From Paraspadella gotoi (lineage: Eukaryota > Animalia > Chaetognatha): DNA of 64,000 nt. The stretch covers positions 26,883,525 through 26,947,524 of the forward strand of contig CM119263.1 of NCBI GenBank assembly GCA_051294375.1. The letters are read 5' to 3'. Made by a program: the position numbers and the translations under genes. The notes beneath the pieces are model-generated. The model ran no database searches and had not been told where the DNA came from. It saw only the letters and a program-made list of their open reading frames with translations. Below are positions 1-16,545 of the stretch, piece after piece. Every line of letters begins with the position of its first letter. Position 1 is the stretch's first letter.

Positions 1-929
1 ATTAGCATTTTAAATTTCATCGGCTATGGCTATGCTATTGATATTTTGGTTGAAAGTCATTTGGGTCACCCTTTAAAACGCCTTCTTTAGCACAGTTTAG
101 AGGAATTAGATGTGGATATTATCAGGCCGGAAAATCATTTGGTCAAAAATGAAAATATTGCTGCAGCTGAAATCTTTATTTTTTTCGGCTGTATATCAAC
201 AATGCCCTTTGTTACAGCCATGTATAATAACCCCAAGAGTATTGGCTCTTTATACATGTCAAGAAATGGAATCTCAGAACAATATAATAGACTGCAGCAA
301 TGAATTTTGCCCAGTAGCAAAAATAAAGGAAGTATTTATCTTTCAACTGATGCTGCAGTAGATTGCATTAAGGCGATTTACTTGATATTTTATAGAGTCC
401 CAACTACATCAGTTATTGATTTCATAAGCTCATAGGATAGTAAAGTAAAATGTCCTAGTAGATATTTCTAAATGGAGTTCTTCATTTGCTCTCTTTTAGA
501 ATTTTTCTTTTTGGCATAGAAATGAGCTACTTGCGTACAATGTACGCCGTACATATTATTGGTTTTGAGTATGCTACAATTGCTACCTGTAGCATCCTTA
601 TAAATGGCCCTAATCGACTCGGGCTTGAGCACTTAGAATAGTAATTATTCCTATTCTTAACAGCCTTCTTAATAATATAACATACAGCTAGGGAACATTA
701 AACATATTTAGTAGTGTTTTAAGCTCTAAACCGGCGCAGAGCAAATTCAACCAAATGTTGCATTATTTTTAGTAGCGCAGTGAATTGTCTAAGCATGAGG
801 AAAATAAAACCTATATCAGAAAGAGAAAACATCATTGATTATTTTAGTGTATTATAAAAAGAAATCAATAACTTTTTGCCTATAAAATCTGATGGTAAAT
901 AACTATTCTCAGTTTTTGATTCACTACCC

Positions 930-1170
930 TGTATATTTGGAGCAGGTGATTGCAGCACTTTCAAAGGCTTCCATCACCATCTAATTATGGATGAAAAGAG
1001 AGTCAATTAAAGAATGCTCAAGTTTGACAACCACTTTTGGATGATTCAAGGAGAAGCAAGCAAAGAAGTTTCATGATTGTAAAAATGTGGTTGTCGAGCC
1101 CCATGTACCCGTTGTAAGTGTGCTAATACAAACTTAAGGTGCACTTCTTTTGTGCACATCTACTTTTGTG
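930..1170 (+). pseudogene. Degenerate Academ(X)-like DNA transposase C-terminus (Cys-rich zinc finger)
   Basis: Reading across stops and frameshifts gives YIWSR.LQHFQRLPSPSNYG*...PLxWMIQGEASKE...KCGCRAPCTRCKCANTNLRCTS. This resembles the C-terminal Cys8 finger of XPG-bearing Academ transposases; family assignment is from memory. Confidence 0.55.
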
Positions 1171-2027
1171 ATAATAAATATTTGTTAGGAGGCCAATCCT
1201 AAATTTCTATAAAAAACTTTTTAAAATATTTTTTGAGTCTTATTGCATGTATCGAGATTATTATTTAGTAAAATAAATTTGGAAATATTTTTTTAACTAC
1301 GACGAATATTTTGTCATAATCTGTAATAACACATATAATCTTATGATTAAAAATTTGCTTCATGGTTCGATGATCTTTACTGTCATTCAAATGATTATTA
1401 ATACATTTATATTTATTACCATTTTTAATTCATTTTAAATTTTCTAAAAATTTTTGTAATTTTAATAGTCATTAGTTAATTATTAATTAATTTTGTGCTA
1501 CTATTTATTTTTAACTTGAACAAAATGCTTATGATTTATTTTTTGAGAATCTTGATGGTTTTCATCAAAGCTTGCTTGGTCCTGCCATATTTCTATCTTA
1601 TAGAATAGATGCTTTAACTTACAATACCTTTTTTAAAATCGGTAAGCAGAATAGTAAAGATTAATCAATAAATAATTTGCATATTTGTTATATAAATTTC
1701 ATATATAATTTGTTCTTCATAATTGATGGTAATACATAATATAATTTTTTCCTCATCTAGTACTGATAGGTGTAGTCATTCCTTGATATATTTAAAGACA
1801 TAATCTGCAAAACCTTGTGCCACCTTCTGTAAATGCTTGATTTTTTTGAATAAATTGTATTATCCAAACAATTTTTAACATGTTACACATTTATATACTA
1901 TTATTATAATATTTACCTCTGAAAACAATTTTTTTTGGATTTAGTCCCAAGTACTCAGAATAAAAACAATTATTTTGATTTAGTCCCAAGTACTTTGAGA
2001 CCAACAAAAAAGTAGCTATTAGGATAT

Positions 2028-2678
2028 TGAAGAGACAGTGATAATTGTTTGTGTTAGTGACAGAACCGTTCAATATAAGCAGTCCCTTGAGCTTCGGATC
2101 AGGCTGTAACACCGTGTTACAGGCGTGTTAAGCGCCCCGTCCCTCTTAACTGCTAGGCGGCCACCGGGCTAGAACTATGGACCTTTGGGTTGGGAGTGAA
2201 TGACTTGCCTCCGGCACCAATGGCCGCTGATGAACGGTTGGTGGATTTTAGTCCACCATATATTCCCCCCTCCCTTAGGGAGAAGTGTTGCATCTCTTCA
2301 GTGAATTGTTGTTGTTGGTGGAAAATTCGTCACCAAGTTGAGGCATATTTCCCTGATGTGTTGTTGGCGGAAGGTGCATCGCCAGGTTGAGGCATGTTGC
2401 CTGAAAGTGTTGTTGTTGCTGTTGTGTTCGGAAGTTGGGGTCACCAATGAAGAGACCATGATAAATGTTATGTGTTAGTGACAGAACCGTTCAATATAAG
2501 CAGTCCCTGAGCTTTGGATCAGGCTGTAACATTGTTACAGCGGATTAAGTGCCCCTTCCCTCTTAACTGCTATGCGGCCACCGGGCTATAACCCTGGACC
2601 TTTGGTTTGGGAGGCGAATGACTTGCCTCTGGCACCAATGGCCGCTGATGAAAGGTTGGTAGATTTTAGTCCACCATA
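2028..2678 (-). mobile_element. Complete miniature LTR retroelement (TRIM-like), LTR family A
   Basis: Direct repeats at 2028-2260 and 2448-2678 with minus-strand ends TATGG...TTCA. 4-bp TSD ATAT (2024-2027 and 2679-2682). PBS TGGTGACCCC (tRNA-Trp 3' complement) at 2437-2446, 1 nt inside the 5' LTR. Polypurine tract AAGGGAGGGGGGAATA at 2261-2276 abuts the 3' LTR. The 187-bp interior is non-coding. Confidence 0.88.
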
Positions 2679-2998
2679 ATATTATGGATTGCATTAATAT
2701 ATTTCAAAGACTTAAAAGACATTTTTAAGAAAATTAGATTTGTTTATTTTGAAGATTTTTGTATTAAAAATTTATTTTGAGTTTTACTTTATAATTACTA
2801 TTAATAGATATCATTAGAGAAAGCAAAGTGTTTTAAAAATTGATACAACGATTTTTATTTGAGAGCCTTCATCAGCGTTTAACGTACAATAAAAAGTTTG
2901 TGCAAAAGAAAAGTGTGAGAGAGAGAGAGGGTAAAAGTTTTCCTACAAAGTGGTGAGACAGAATAGTGGACAGATGTGAGGACAGGTTGAAGGTGATG

Positions 2999-4105
2999 GT
3001 TTCCATTTAAACTCATTTCCACTCAGACGATTCCATCGACACTTTATATCCAGCTCCATCACACACTTCCCTACCCACACACAAAATTTCATTCAAATTC
3101 ATCCATCCAATCACGAGTAATTGGTGTTTTTTGCTAAGGTGGGACGGACGGACGGACGGACGGACATCATTTTTTTTGCATAATTTATCATAATTCGATG
3201 TTCTGACATGATATAAGTTAGTGCCCGACAATATTGAGGGGGCGGACCGACGGACCGACAAAGTGAATTATAGAGTCGGGATCTGCTGATAAGCAGATCC
3301 GACTAAAAATAAAAAGAAGCATAAACAATTAGTGAAACAGGGTTTTCATTTTTTCCATTTAAACTCATTTTCATTCAGACAATTCCATCAAATTATCACA
3401 ATTCAATATTCTGACATGATATATGTGGTTGCCCGACAATATCGAGGGGGCGGACCGATGGACCGACAAAGTGATTTATAGAGTCGGGATCTGCTTATAA
3501 GCAGATCCAACTAAAAAAATAGAACTTTAAAAACTTTATATAAGGGTCAAAAATGTGTATGTCAAAAATATTAAAAATAGAAAAAAAGGCATATGATCCC
3601 AAACATTTTTTGTATGTTTGGTGTTATAATAGTTAAGAGATATGTAAGAGGTATCAGAAAAATCGGGAGGTAGAAGTATTTGAAAAAAAATAAATGGTTT
3701 GAATCCAGCTGAGGATTGAAGAACCCGAGTTCGAATTCCACAGTTTCAAACATTAGTTTGAAAGCAGATCCCAACTATATAATTCACTTTGTCAGTCCAT
3801 CAGTCCGCCCCGTCAATCTTGTCGGGCATTCACATATATCATGTCAGAATATTGAATTATAATAAATTATGCAAAAAAAGATGTCCGTCCGTCTGTCTGT
3901 CTGTTTGTCCGTCCATCCTACCTTAGCAAAAACACCAATTACACGTGATTGGATGGATGGATTAGAATGAAATTTTGTGTGTGGGTATGGAAGTGTGTGA
4001 TTGAGTTGGAAATCAAGTTTCGATGGAATCGTCTGAGTGGAAATGAGTTTAAATGGAAAAAACCAAAAACCTGTTTCACTAATTTATTATGCTTCTTTTT
4101 CTTTT
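2999..4105. mobile_element. Three copies of a DINE-1/HINE-like (Helentron-associated) non-autonomous element
   Basis: Copies at about 2999-3309 (-), 3310-3518 (-, internally deleted, head-to-tail) and 3761-4105 (+). Subterminal palindrome AGTCGGGATCTGCT-GATA-AGCAGATCCGACT next to a T-run, plus a (GTCY)n microsatellite: the DINE-1-type architecture. Confidence 0.65.
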
Positions 4106-4621
4106 TATATTAAATGTAAATGGAAGATGTAATAATTACTAAAATAATTAAACAGTTAATTAATCAATTAATTAATAAATAATTAATTAATCGGTCAATT
4201 AATCGATCAATTAATTATTCAATCAAACAATTTATTTAGTTATCTATTAATCAATTATTCAATCAATCAATTTATTTATAAATAAGTTAATTATTTAATC
4301 AATCAATCAATCAATCAATAGATCAGGTCAATCGTTATCGGCATTATTGTCGTCGTCGCCACCATCGTCGTCGTTGCTTTTGTCGTGGTCAGTGATTTAA
4401 AGACCTAAAAACAAACATTTTGGATAAAAATAATTAATTTATTAATTAAATTATTATTTTAGTTTATATAGTTTGTATTAATTAATTAATTAATTAATTA
4501 ATTAATTACCGCTAATGATCGTGGGCAGATCCGACATTGTTTGCTTAAACTTATTGGAGAGAGAGAAAGAGAGTGAGACATCGTCATCATTGTCGTTGTC
4601 TTCGTCGTCATCGTTGTCGTC

Positions 4622-5461
4622 TCAGATTCGAACGAAATCGTTTGCTTCCAAAATGGGATTACACTCCCAGCGCCAGCTCTTGCCCTCCCGATGAGGCATC
4701 CACAGCCCTAATACAATGACAAAACTGTTTTCCGGTCCCTCCGGGGTATTTTTAAATTCCACCCGCATAGTTCCATTTCTTCCAATAGTTAAAACTTTAA
4801 TAAGCAGCTGTCGATTTTTGGTGGAACAGAGAATCGGTATGAGTTCGCTGCGTTGGAGGCGGAGGTTTTGGATGGTGCGGTTGGGGGAGGTATTAGGATA
4901 GGGGTTGCGGGCAAACTGGGATAATCTACAAAGAATGGCCTGGAGGACGGGAATGGATAGGTTCTTAACGGGAAGGGCTGGGAGGGCTGGCTGGGCTTGG
5001 ATGGCGGAAAGAGCTGGATGGGCGGGCTGGGCGTGCTGGGATGGTACCACAGAAATGGCAGGGAGGGCGAGCTGAGCTGGCTGGGCGTTTACAACGGAAA
5101 GTCCTGGATGGGCGGGCTGGGCGTGCTGGGCGTGCTTGGAGGGAAGTGTTGGGCTGGCGTGCTGGAAGACAACGACTAGACAATGCTGACCGTTGGCGTA
5201 AAAGGTGAGTGGTTTGGGGTTGACGAGATAAGCGGGCAGAGCATGAGACGCGGCGTCAGCTGCGGACATCGCAAGATAGGGGGCACCGATTACCGGCACC
5301 GAGGAGAGGACGGAGGTCGGGTCAGCGACCGAGGCGGCGCCGGGGGCAGACACGGTGGCGGCGCCAGGGGCTGCAACTGTGGCAGCGCTAGGGCCCGCGG
5401 AACTTGTGCAGCGAGGAATGAAGGAAACCGCCGTGGGGTTGAGACTCGAGTTTAAAGCCAT
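4622..5461 (-). CDS. Orphan intronless 279-aa ORF with N-terminal PAM2-like motif and Ala/Pro/Gln repeats
   Basis: Uninterrupted GC-rich ORF with ATG in an AAAATGG context. SSLNPTAVSFIP fits PAM2 LNxxAxxFxP. HAQPAHP repeats precede a globular-looking C-terminus. Confidence 0.5.
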   Translation of the reverse strand: MALNSSLNPTAVSFIPRCTSSAGPSAATVAAPGAATVSAPGAASVADPTSVLSSVPVIGAPYLAMSAADAASHALPAYLVNPKPLTFYANGQHCLVVVFQHASPTLPSKHAQHAQPAHPGLSVVNAQPAQLALPAISVVPSQHAQPAHPALSAIQAQPALPALPVKNLSIPVLQAILCRLSQFARNPYPNTSPNRTIQNLRLQRSELIPILCSTKNRQLLIKVLTIGRNGTMRVEFKNTPEGPENSFVIVLGLWMPHREGKSWRWECNPILEANDFVRI

Positions 5462-5609
5462 TTTGTCTTTTGTTTTATTTTTTTTTTTTAAGTATAAAGT
5501 TAATTTTTTTTTTCGTTTTTAGAATTTGATTTCTTCGCTCATTTAAATTTTATAGATTTTTTTTGTTTATTTATTTTATTTTTTTTTTATGTTGCGGTTC
5601 TTTGAAAAA

Positions 5610-5881
5610 GTGATTTGCATTCGGGTGAAAGGAAAGAAAGAGTTTGAGATCACGAGATCGGCAGAAAGTTCGTGGAACGAGATTTTTTTTGTTCAATTTT
5701 TTTGATGATGCGGTTCTTAGAAGATATAAACATATAATGACAAAAGTCAACAAAGACTGAAAGAGAGACAGAGAGGGAAAAAAGAAATGAGTTTTTTTCG
5801 AGTGATTTGCATTCGGGTGAGAGGAAAGAAAGAGTTTGAGATCACGAGATCGGCAGAAAGTTCGTGGAACGAGATTTTTTT
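5610..5881. repeat. Local ~80-bp direct duplication (5610-5690 / 5801-5881)
   Basis: Near-identical AGTGATTTGCATTCGGGTGA...GTGGAACGAGATTTTT copies. Confidence 0.85.
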
Positions 5882-5960
5882 CGGTATGGAACAACACGGT
5901 TCGAATGACTGTCGATTTTCAGAAGGATAAGTATCGGGTGAGGAGGAGGAGGAGGAGGAG

Positions 5961-6048
<88 letters not shown>

Positions 6049-6651
6049 TCATTCAAATTGACGACATACCATGGACACAGCAAAATCGACTACGACATTG
6101 ACGACGATTTGAATTAACGCCAACGACGTCGATGAGGACGATGAAAATGATGATGAAAACGATGATGACGATGAAAACGACGATGACGATGAAAACGATG
6201 ATGAGGGAGCATCGAAAACAATTCCTCGAATTGTACGAAATATTTTAATTTCTCTCGCTATCTGTTATTTTTCATAAATTTCGGATTTTATGTATGTTTC
6301 CTAGAAAGAACCTCATCCGAATGGACCTTAATTCGAAAATGGAGCCATATCGTTTAAAGATAAAACATTTTATTCTGTTGATGGTATTAGAAGGAACTTT
6401 AGCGAAGAAACAAAGAAACGGAAAGGAATCGAAAAAACAGAAATTGAGAAAAGAGATAGAAACGAAGAAAGAAAGAGTTAGAAACGGTGCTTCCTCGTCG
6501 AAAGAGCGACTTTCTCCTTCCACTCTCAATCCGCCTTTCACCATCGATCGAAACAAAGAGACAATCGACTTCTCGGATCGAGAGATGGATCAGCAATTTT
6601 GAATTTGACCAATGAGAGAGAGAGAGAGCGAAGAAGAGAGAGAGAGGGATT

Positions 6652-6698
<47 letters not shown>

Positions 6699-6760
6699 CG
6701 AGACCGCGTTGAGAAGGCTGCGGAACCACATCAACAACAACGAATCCCGCCTTGAAAATC

Positions 6761-6789
6761 GTCACGTGACTCAAAAAAAGTCACGTGAC
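6761..6789. promoter_or_regulatory. Tandem GTCACGTGAC palindromes (CLEAR/E-box)
   Basis: Two perfect 10-mers at 6761-6770 and 6780-6789 within a CpG-rich island. Confidence 0.45.
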
Positions 6790-8071
6790 CTCGCGGACCG
6801 AAGCTTAAATCTTGTTGTTCGAGGATAAAACGCGGAAACAAAAGGCGAAAGAAAGAAACGAAAGCAGCGTCGACCCGCTGAATCCCTGAGTTCCTTATTT
6901 GAAATGGAGCAGGTGAACATTTCAGCAGATAAACGGGAGACCCCATGACCGGCTCCATAATCAAAGCCGTATGTGGCTAGTTCCATCGAAAAAGGAGGCG
7001 ACTCTCGTTGGTCGAGAAGTTCTTACTTACTGTTCAGATGAACTTAAGATTACATTTTTTTTCTATTTGCCCTAATTACATATTAGGTTAATGCTTTATT
7101 TCCAAACCAGTAAATCCCAGGTTTTTGCCCTGATCAGAATGGTCCTTACAAAATATTGATCGGCTGGTTAAACTACCTGGATCTGAGAGGATTTAAAGTT
7201 TAAAAGCAAAGCAACTGATAGAAAAAATTTCAGACTGATTAGGGATATTTACGACCCTCTTACTTATCTGTAAACTATTATGAGAAGGTATAAAATATGC
7301 ATAAAGAAACTTATTTTGTATTCTATTAACTTTATTTAAAACAGATCAATATATTTCTTTATCATTTAATCTGAATTTGTTGAAGAAAACTCCATGAATT
7401 TTCAATAGGAGAAGGAAGATAAATTTTTCCACATTTAATGTAATAATAAAGACGTATTTTGTAATTTTTTGGGGAAATGATCGCTTAAATATTTAGTCAA
7501 AACAACTAAAAAAACTTTTCTAATAGTCGAAATTTTATATTATCTCCGGATTTGGTCCCTAGAAGTAGCTGGGAAAAATTCTGACCTTTATTTGCCCGAA
7601 GATAATAAAATGTCAAATTTTATATTAAAAAGAAATTTCCTTTTCGAATCGTAATGTTCTATGAACTCAAAATACAAACTTAAAATTTCAAATAAAATAT
7701 TAAAAGGCTCTCTTTCTCTCTTTCTTTCCCTCTTTCTTTCTCTATCTATCGAAACGGTCATAGGTCAAATGAATGTTCCAAGTCGTATCAGTTGTAAAAG
7801 TGGCATTTTTTCCCGTTTAAACTCATTTCCAGCACAATCACTCAGTCTCTATTCAGCCGCCAATCATATGTAGTCGGTGTTTAAATCTGAGATTGGGCGG
7901 ACATAAAAAACCTTGCACACTGGCAAAAATACATTTTAACCAGAATGAGAAATAGTTAATTCACATTCCAGTTTGACAAATTTTTTAATCATAGGATTTC
8001 AGTAGATTTCGGGGAGATAAGTTAATTACTCGATTTTCCAATCGTCTTACTTACCTTAATTTGGTCCTCAG

Positions 8072-9079
8072 GGTCCCTTGATGGAAACGACGGAGGACTT
8101 TTGGCGGATGCTGTGGGAACACGACTGCACCATTCTCGTCATGCTGACCAAGCTGAAGGAGATGGGACGCGAAAAGTGCCACCAGTACTGGCCCAGCGAC
8201 AGGTGACAATTGCAGTAGAATTAGTGATGACCATGTCATAAAATCATCGTCTTATTGACATAGCTGTCTTAATTTTTTCCCAAAAATCCAGGTCTGCCAG
8301 ATATCAATATTACGTCGTGGATCCGATGGCCGAATACAACATGCCCCAATATATCCTGAGGGAATTCAAAGTCACAGACGCGAGAGTAAGATTCTTCGTA
8401 ACAAATTTTAAAATCAAATACTGTTACATCTGGGGGCTCTTATCTTTTCTCCAATCTTTTCTCTTCCTACAGGACGGTCAGTCAAGAACCGTTCGACAGT
8501 TTCAGTTCACTGAATGGCCAGAACAGGGCGTGCCTAAATCCGGCGAGGGATTCATCGATTTCATCGGTCAAGTTCACAAAACAAAAGAGCAATTCGGACA
8601 GGTGAGGTTTGGCTAAACAAACGAAGGAATAAAAACGCAAGTTTATTGTCATTCGAAGTTGTTTAGGTAATTTAGTTGTAGTGTTTGTAGTATTTCTAAA
8701 GATTTTTATTTTATTACGAAATTTTTAAAGATTAATTTAATTCGATATTGAAATAAAGACAAGATTTTTTTGGTGTTAAGTTAACTCAAATTATATTAAA
8801 TTATATCACCCTTCCTTAATATACCTCTGTCCCTTCTCTCTTCCCCAGGACGGCCCAATCACGGTGCACTGCTCCGGTGGAGTGGGTCGCAGCGGCGTCT
8901 TCATCACCCTCTCCATCGTGCTGGAGCGGATGCGCTACGAAGGCATCGTGGATCTCTTCACTACAGTCAAGCTCCTGCGAAGCCAACGACCCGCCATGGT
9001 GCAGACCGAGGATCAGTATCAGTTCTGCTACAGGGCGGCGCTGGAGTATCTCGGCTCCTTCGATCACTACGCCAATTGA
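8072..9079 (+). CDS. Lar: LAR-family (type IIa) receptor tyrosine phosphatase, last 4 exons (D2 domain)
   Basis: GT-AG spliced exons: [17 protein letters not shown]..., [73 protein letters not shown]...[11 protein letters not shown]. No upstream exon was seen in 1-8071. Confidence 0.95.
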
Positions 9080-10132
9080 ATCGGGAGAGAAAGACGGACG
9101 TAGGGATTGGGACTTTTTTTCGCACTCCACCAGAGACGCCGCCGTCTGCCCTCGCTTATTCCCTCGCCGAGCCGAGTAAAACAAAAAGTCAACCCTTCGT
9201 CCCGATTTGACCGATCGACGCGATACTAGCGATCCTAGCGTCTATGCGGAAAAAAATTATTTTTTTTTCTCGCAAACAAAAACAATCGCGCAATCCTTAA
9301 CTTTCATTCCCGTGAACTGGTCCTTTTTTTTGGATTTCGGCTAATGCAACCTAATTTCTAATTTTTCCCGCCCTTACGTCTCTTTAACAAAAAAACAAAA
9401 CAAAACAAAACAAAATAACAAAGAACGCAAGATAAGAAAAAGAAATTCATATATTTGGAGTCGGTATTGGTCCCGAAAACAGAATTCTTTATTTCCCCGC
9501 GAATTTTTGTCTTTGTTTTCCTCTCTTCTTCATTTTTAAAAAACGTGACGTAGCCTATAGTTTGATCCGTCTCTCTCCATCCTTCTCGCCGGATGGAAGA
9601 AAAGACTCCTTGTCCTTTTGTTTTCCTTTTATTTTTTTCTCTTCGCGTTGTCCGTTGTAATCTTAACGAAAACGTCGCTTTTTTTTTCCGACGCCGGAAA
9701 AAAAGAAACTCGACTTTGATCTCGACAATCTCCCCTCCCCACATTTTGCTCTGCCCCCCCTTTCCCTATCCTCTTCCCTAATCCTTACCTTTCCCCCTTT
9801 GCCTCCCCTCCCCTTTTCCCTCTCCCCCGCCCTCCTTCCCCCTCATCAAATCCCGTCCGTTATCGATGAAAATTGTGTTCGAATCCGAACGAAATCAATA
9901 ATCTTCACTTGTTGAACTTCGAACATTACAAATCTTTCCTCCCCATCACGAATCTTTCCTGCCCTCCTGTTTCCAATCCTTCCCTCTTCTCCATCATCCC
10001 TAATCGTCCAACGGCGGACGTGACGATTTCATTTTTATTTGTGCCGAACTAAACTAATTTTCCCGCCATATTGAAGATATTAATATATGTCTTAGCGGCA
10101 TTTATTTTTTGCGTTGTCATATCGAGCGCTTT

Positions 10133-10187
<55 letters not shown>

Positions 10188-11327
10188 GTTTTGTGATTTC
10201 ATCATTTATGACAAACAACCCCGCGATTTGCCTTAGACGAAGCGACTTTGTTTGGCGGAGAAGAAAAATGGCGACCTTACTCATCAATAAATCAATCAAT
10301 CAATAAAACAATCAATTTCTTTTTATAAGCAAAACAAAATTGGCTAAGCCTTCACACGAAGTACAAATTCTTACTTTAAAAAGACGATTCGATTCTAAAT
10401 TAAATTTAAAAAACAATTATTAAATTGGTCGTTAGTCGTCCGTTCTCTCGTCATAAGCATGAAAAAAAAAACAACAAAACATAAGCATTATTAAATAATT
10501 TGTCAAAAGATTTTACTTTTTCGTTTTGATCTTTAGTTCTGCATTACGACAATCTTGTTACATGACTACTTTCGATAAAACGAAAACAATTCCTTACACC
10601 GTACAAACAGATTTTGTACAATCACATTGAAACTTCGCACATTTCGATTCCTCACTTGTTTCTTAATTATACAAACAAACAAACGAATTTCATTCATCCC
10701 GTGGGAAGCCGGCGTCACTTGCGGCCTTCCTGAGCCGCTTGCGTTGAAGTACTACATTGAATACATTGCTATTATATTATATTTTATTCGGATGCCCTCT
10801 AGACTTTTTTTAGTGGCAAATATTTTGTACTGATTATGAACCTTAAGAACTTGTCTCGACTCTTTCAAAAAGAACGAACTTTTGTTTTGTAATTACGGAA
10901 TACCGATTAGTGAAAATTGTGTCATAAGTTGAGTAACATGCTTTTTTAGTAACTATTTTCCATATTTTAACGATATTTTTTTTCGGTCTTAGTTCGGTTG
11001 ATGAAAAGGTTTTTATTTTGATTATAAATTAGGTTCTTAGTCTCGTGTGAAACGTGAATAATTTAATTTTATAATTTTTTAAATAATTAAAACAATTAAC
11101 ATCATTTTCGACCAAAGTATTTTGTTAAGAATTAATGCATCTAAAATCCCTTACAGCTAACCAAAATTTGATCATTGTATTGAAGATTTAAAAAAGCCCA
11201 TAAATTCATTGAAAAATAAATCTGATATGTTATAATAATTGGCTTTTTCTTCTCAAACGGCTTGATATTTACGCATACGAAGCAAGCCAAAATTTGAAAA
11301 GGATAAAGAAAAAGATAAAGATTGTGG

Positions 11328-11561
11328 TGAAGAGATAGTAAATATTGTTATGTGTTAGTGACAGAACCGTTCAATATAAACAATCCCTGAGCTTCGGATC
11401 AGGCTGTAACACTGTGTGACAGGCGGGTTAAGCGCCCCGTCCCTTTTAACTGCGAGGCGACCACCGGGCTAGAACCCCGGACGTTTGGGTTGGGACGCGA
11501 TTGACCTGCCTCCGCCACCAATGGCCGCTGAGGAACGGTTGGTGGATTTTAGTCCACTATA
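11328..11561 (-). mobile_element. Solo LTR of family A
   Basis: Homologous to 2028-2260 and flanked by 4-bp TSD GTGG (11324-11327 and 11562-11565). Confidence 0.88.
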
Positions 11562-11842
11562 GTGGCAGTTTATTCACACCTCCCCATCTCTGATTTCATT
11601 TAGCCAATGCTAATGGCTCAGCAGAGCAGCGAATACTCAAAACCGTGTATTCAAACAATTTCTCGATTTGTGAGCAAAGCGTGACGTTATTACGGGTACT
11701 AGTTTAACCGCGCCAATGGCAGGTGGCGCCAATGATGGCTCGACGCCCCAAACACCAACAGGTTATATGCCCCACCCAGCTGGGCATCACCGGCAAACAG
11801 TGGCAATATCTTCTTTAATAACTGGTAATGTCGCAATTATTT

Positions 11843-15225
<3,383 letters not shown>

Positions 15226-15491
15226 TTTGAGCGTTTGAGCGTGATGGCAGACCGAGGTGTTTCTGGCTTTCACGAACAGGTTTTTTTGATTTTTTATTGA
15301 AATATTTATGCGCGGAGTTTTGCTTACAAATTTTCAATCCAAAAATCGACTCTGTGGTTGAAATATATATATATTTGATCAATCGTCGTGGTTCTGGTTC
15401 AAATTGATCGCCGGTTACTGATCTCAGTCATTAAAAATTTAGAAAAGCAGTTTTTTTAATTAAATTTTACTAGAGAAAAAATCTAAATGTA

Positions 15492-15549
<58 letters not shown>

Positions 15550-15909
15550 ATGTCTCTTTATCTCACTTTTACGTGCTACGGCTTTGAGTTCCGACAACTT
15601 AGATACAATTATTTGCGACAAAATTAACGACAAAATGCGTAGAAAAAATCGATGATTCGTTTCCATCCCGAGGTTTTGCTCACAGTTCATCCAGAGAAGA
15701 GGAAAGAAAGAGTAAATTCTAATTGTTGTCGTTTCGTTGTATTTGCATTAGAGTTTAAATACTGAGTTAAAAAGAAATACAAAGATTCGCTTCAATGATA
15801 TTTCATTAAGAAAGAATGAGTTAAAAATGAGCTTCCTGGGGACCTAGACCTGAGCTATATCGAAGTCCGAACTATCTACCTAATCAGTAAAGCATAGCAA
15901 AAATATTAA

Positions 15910-16545
15910 AATAAAGTTGAATAAAAATTCGAATAGTAGATCATGAACAAGCTTGTACATGTGAAAATTTAAAAAAAAAATATTTCTTATTTTTCAATTT
16001 TCGAATACGCCAATATTTATACAATGTACTCACCATAGAAAATTGTTTTTTTCTTATTTTCAAAAGCAGATCCGAATTCCGCACGAAAAGTTGATGAAAG
16101 GAAATATAATAACTCTAACAATATTATTTCATTAAGTGGATCAAAATCCTAAAAAACTGTTATAGTTAACTTATAATTTGATTTTACTAAAATTTTACTA
16201 AAATCAAAATCCTAAAAAACTGTCATAGTTAACTTATAATTTAATTTTACTAAAATTTTACTAAAATTTTTAGTATAAAAAATATAGTTTTTATAAATTA
16301 ACTTAATGAAAGAATTTTTGAATAAGATTTATATTTTCTTTTAACCACTTTTTATGAGGAACTCGAATCTGCTTTCAAAACAAAAAAAAATATTTTAAAA
16401 TTTTGACATTTTCTATGGTAAGTACTATATATGAATATGGGCGTTTGCGAAAATTGAGAAATTTTTTTTTTTTTTATATATCAATGTTCCTTAGTACAAA
16501 ACTGTTCATGATTAACTATTCGAATTTTGATCTGAAACTTTCACT
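15910..16545. mobile_element. Palindromic MITE/foldback element
   Basis: Long imperfect inverted arms: AAAATTCGAATAGTAGATCATGAACA vs TGTTCATGATTAACTATTCGAATTTT, and AAAGCAGATCCGAATTCC vs GGAACTCGAATCTGCTTT. Internal ~60-bp tandem duplication. Confidence 0.7.

Noticed and set aside
8867-8896. [10 protein letters not shown] variant of the PTP signature
   Set aside because: Minor substitution in a D2 domain that is normally catalytically weak.
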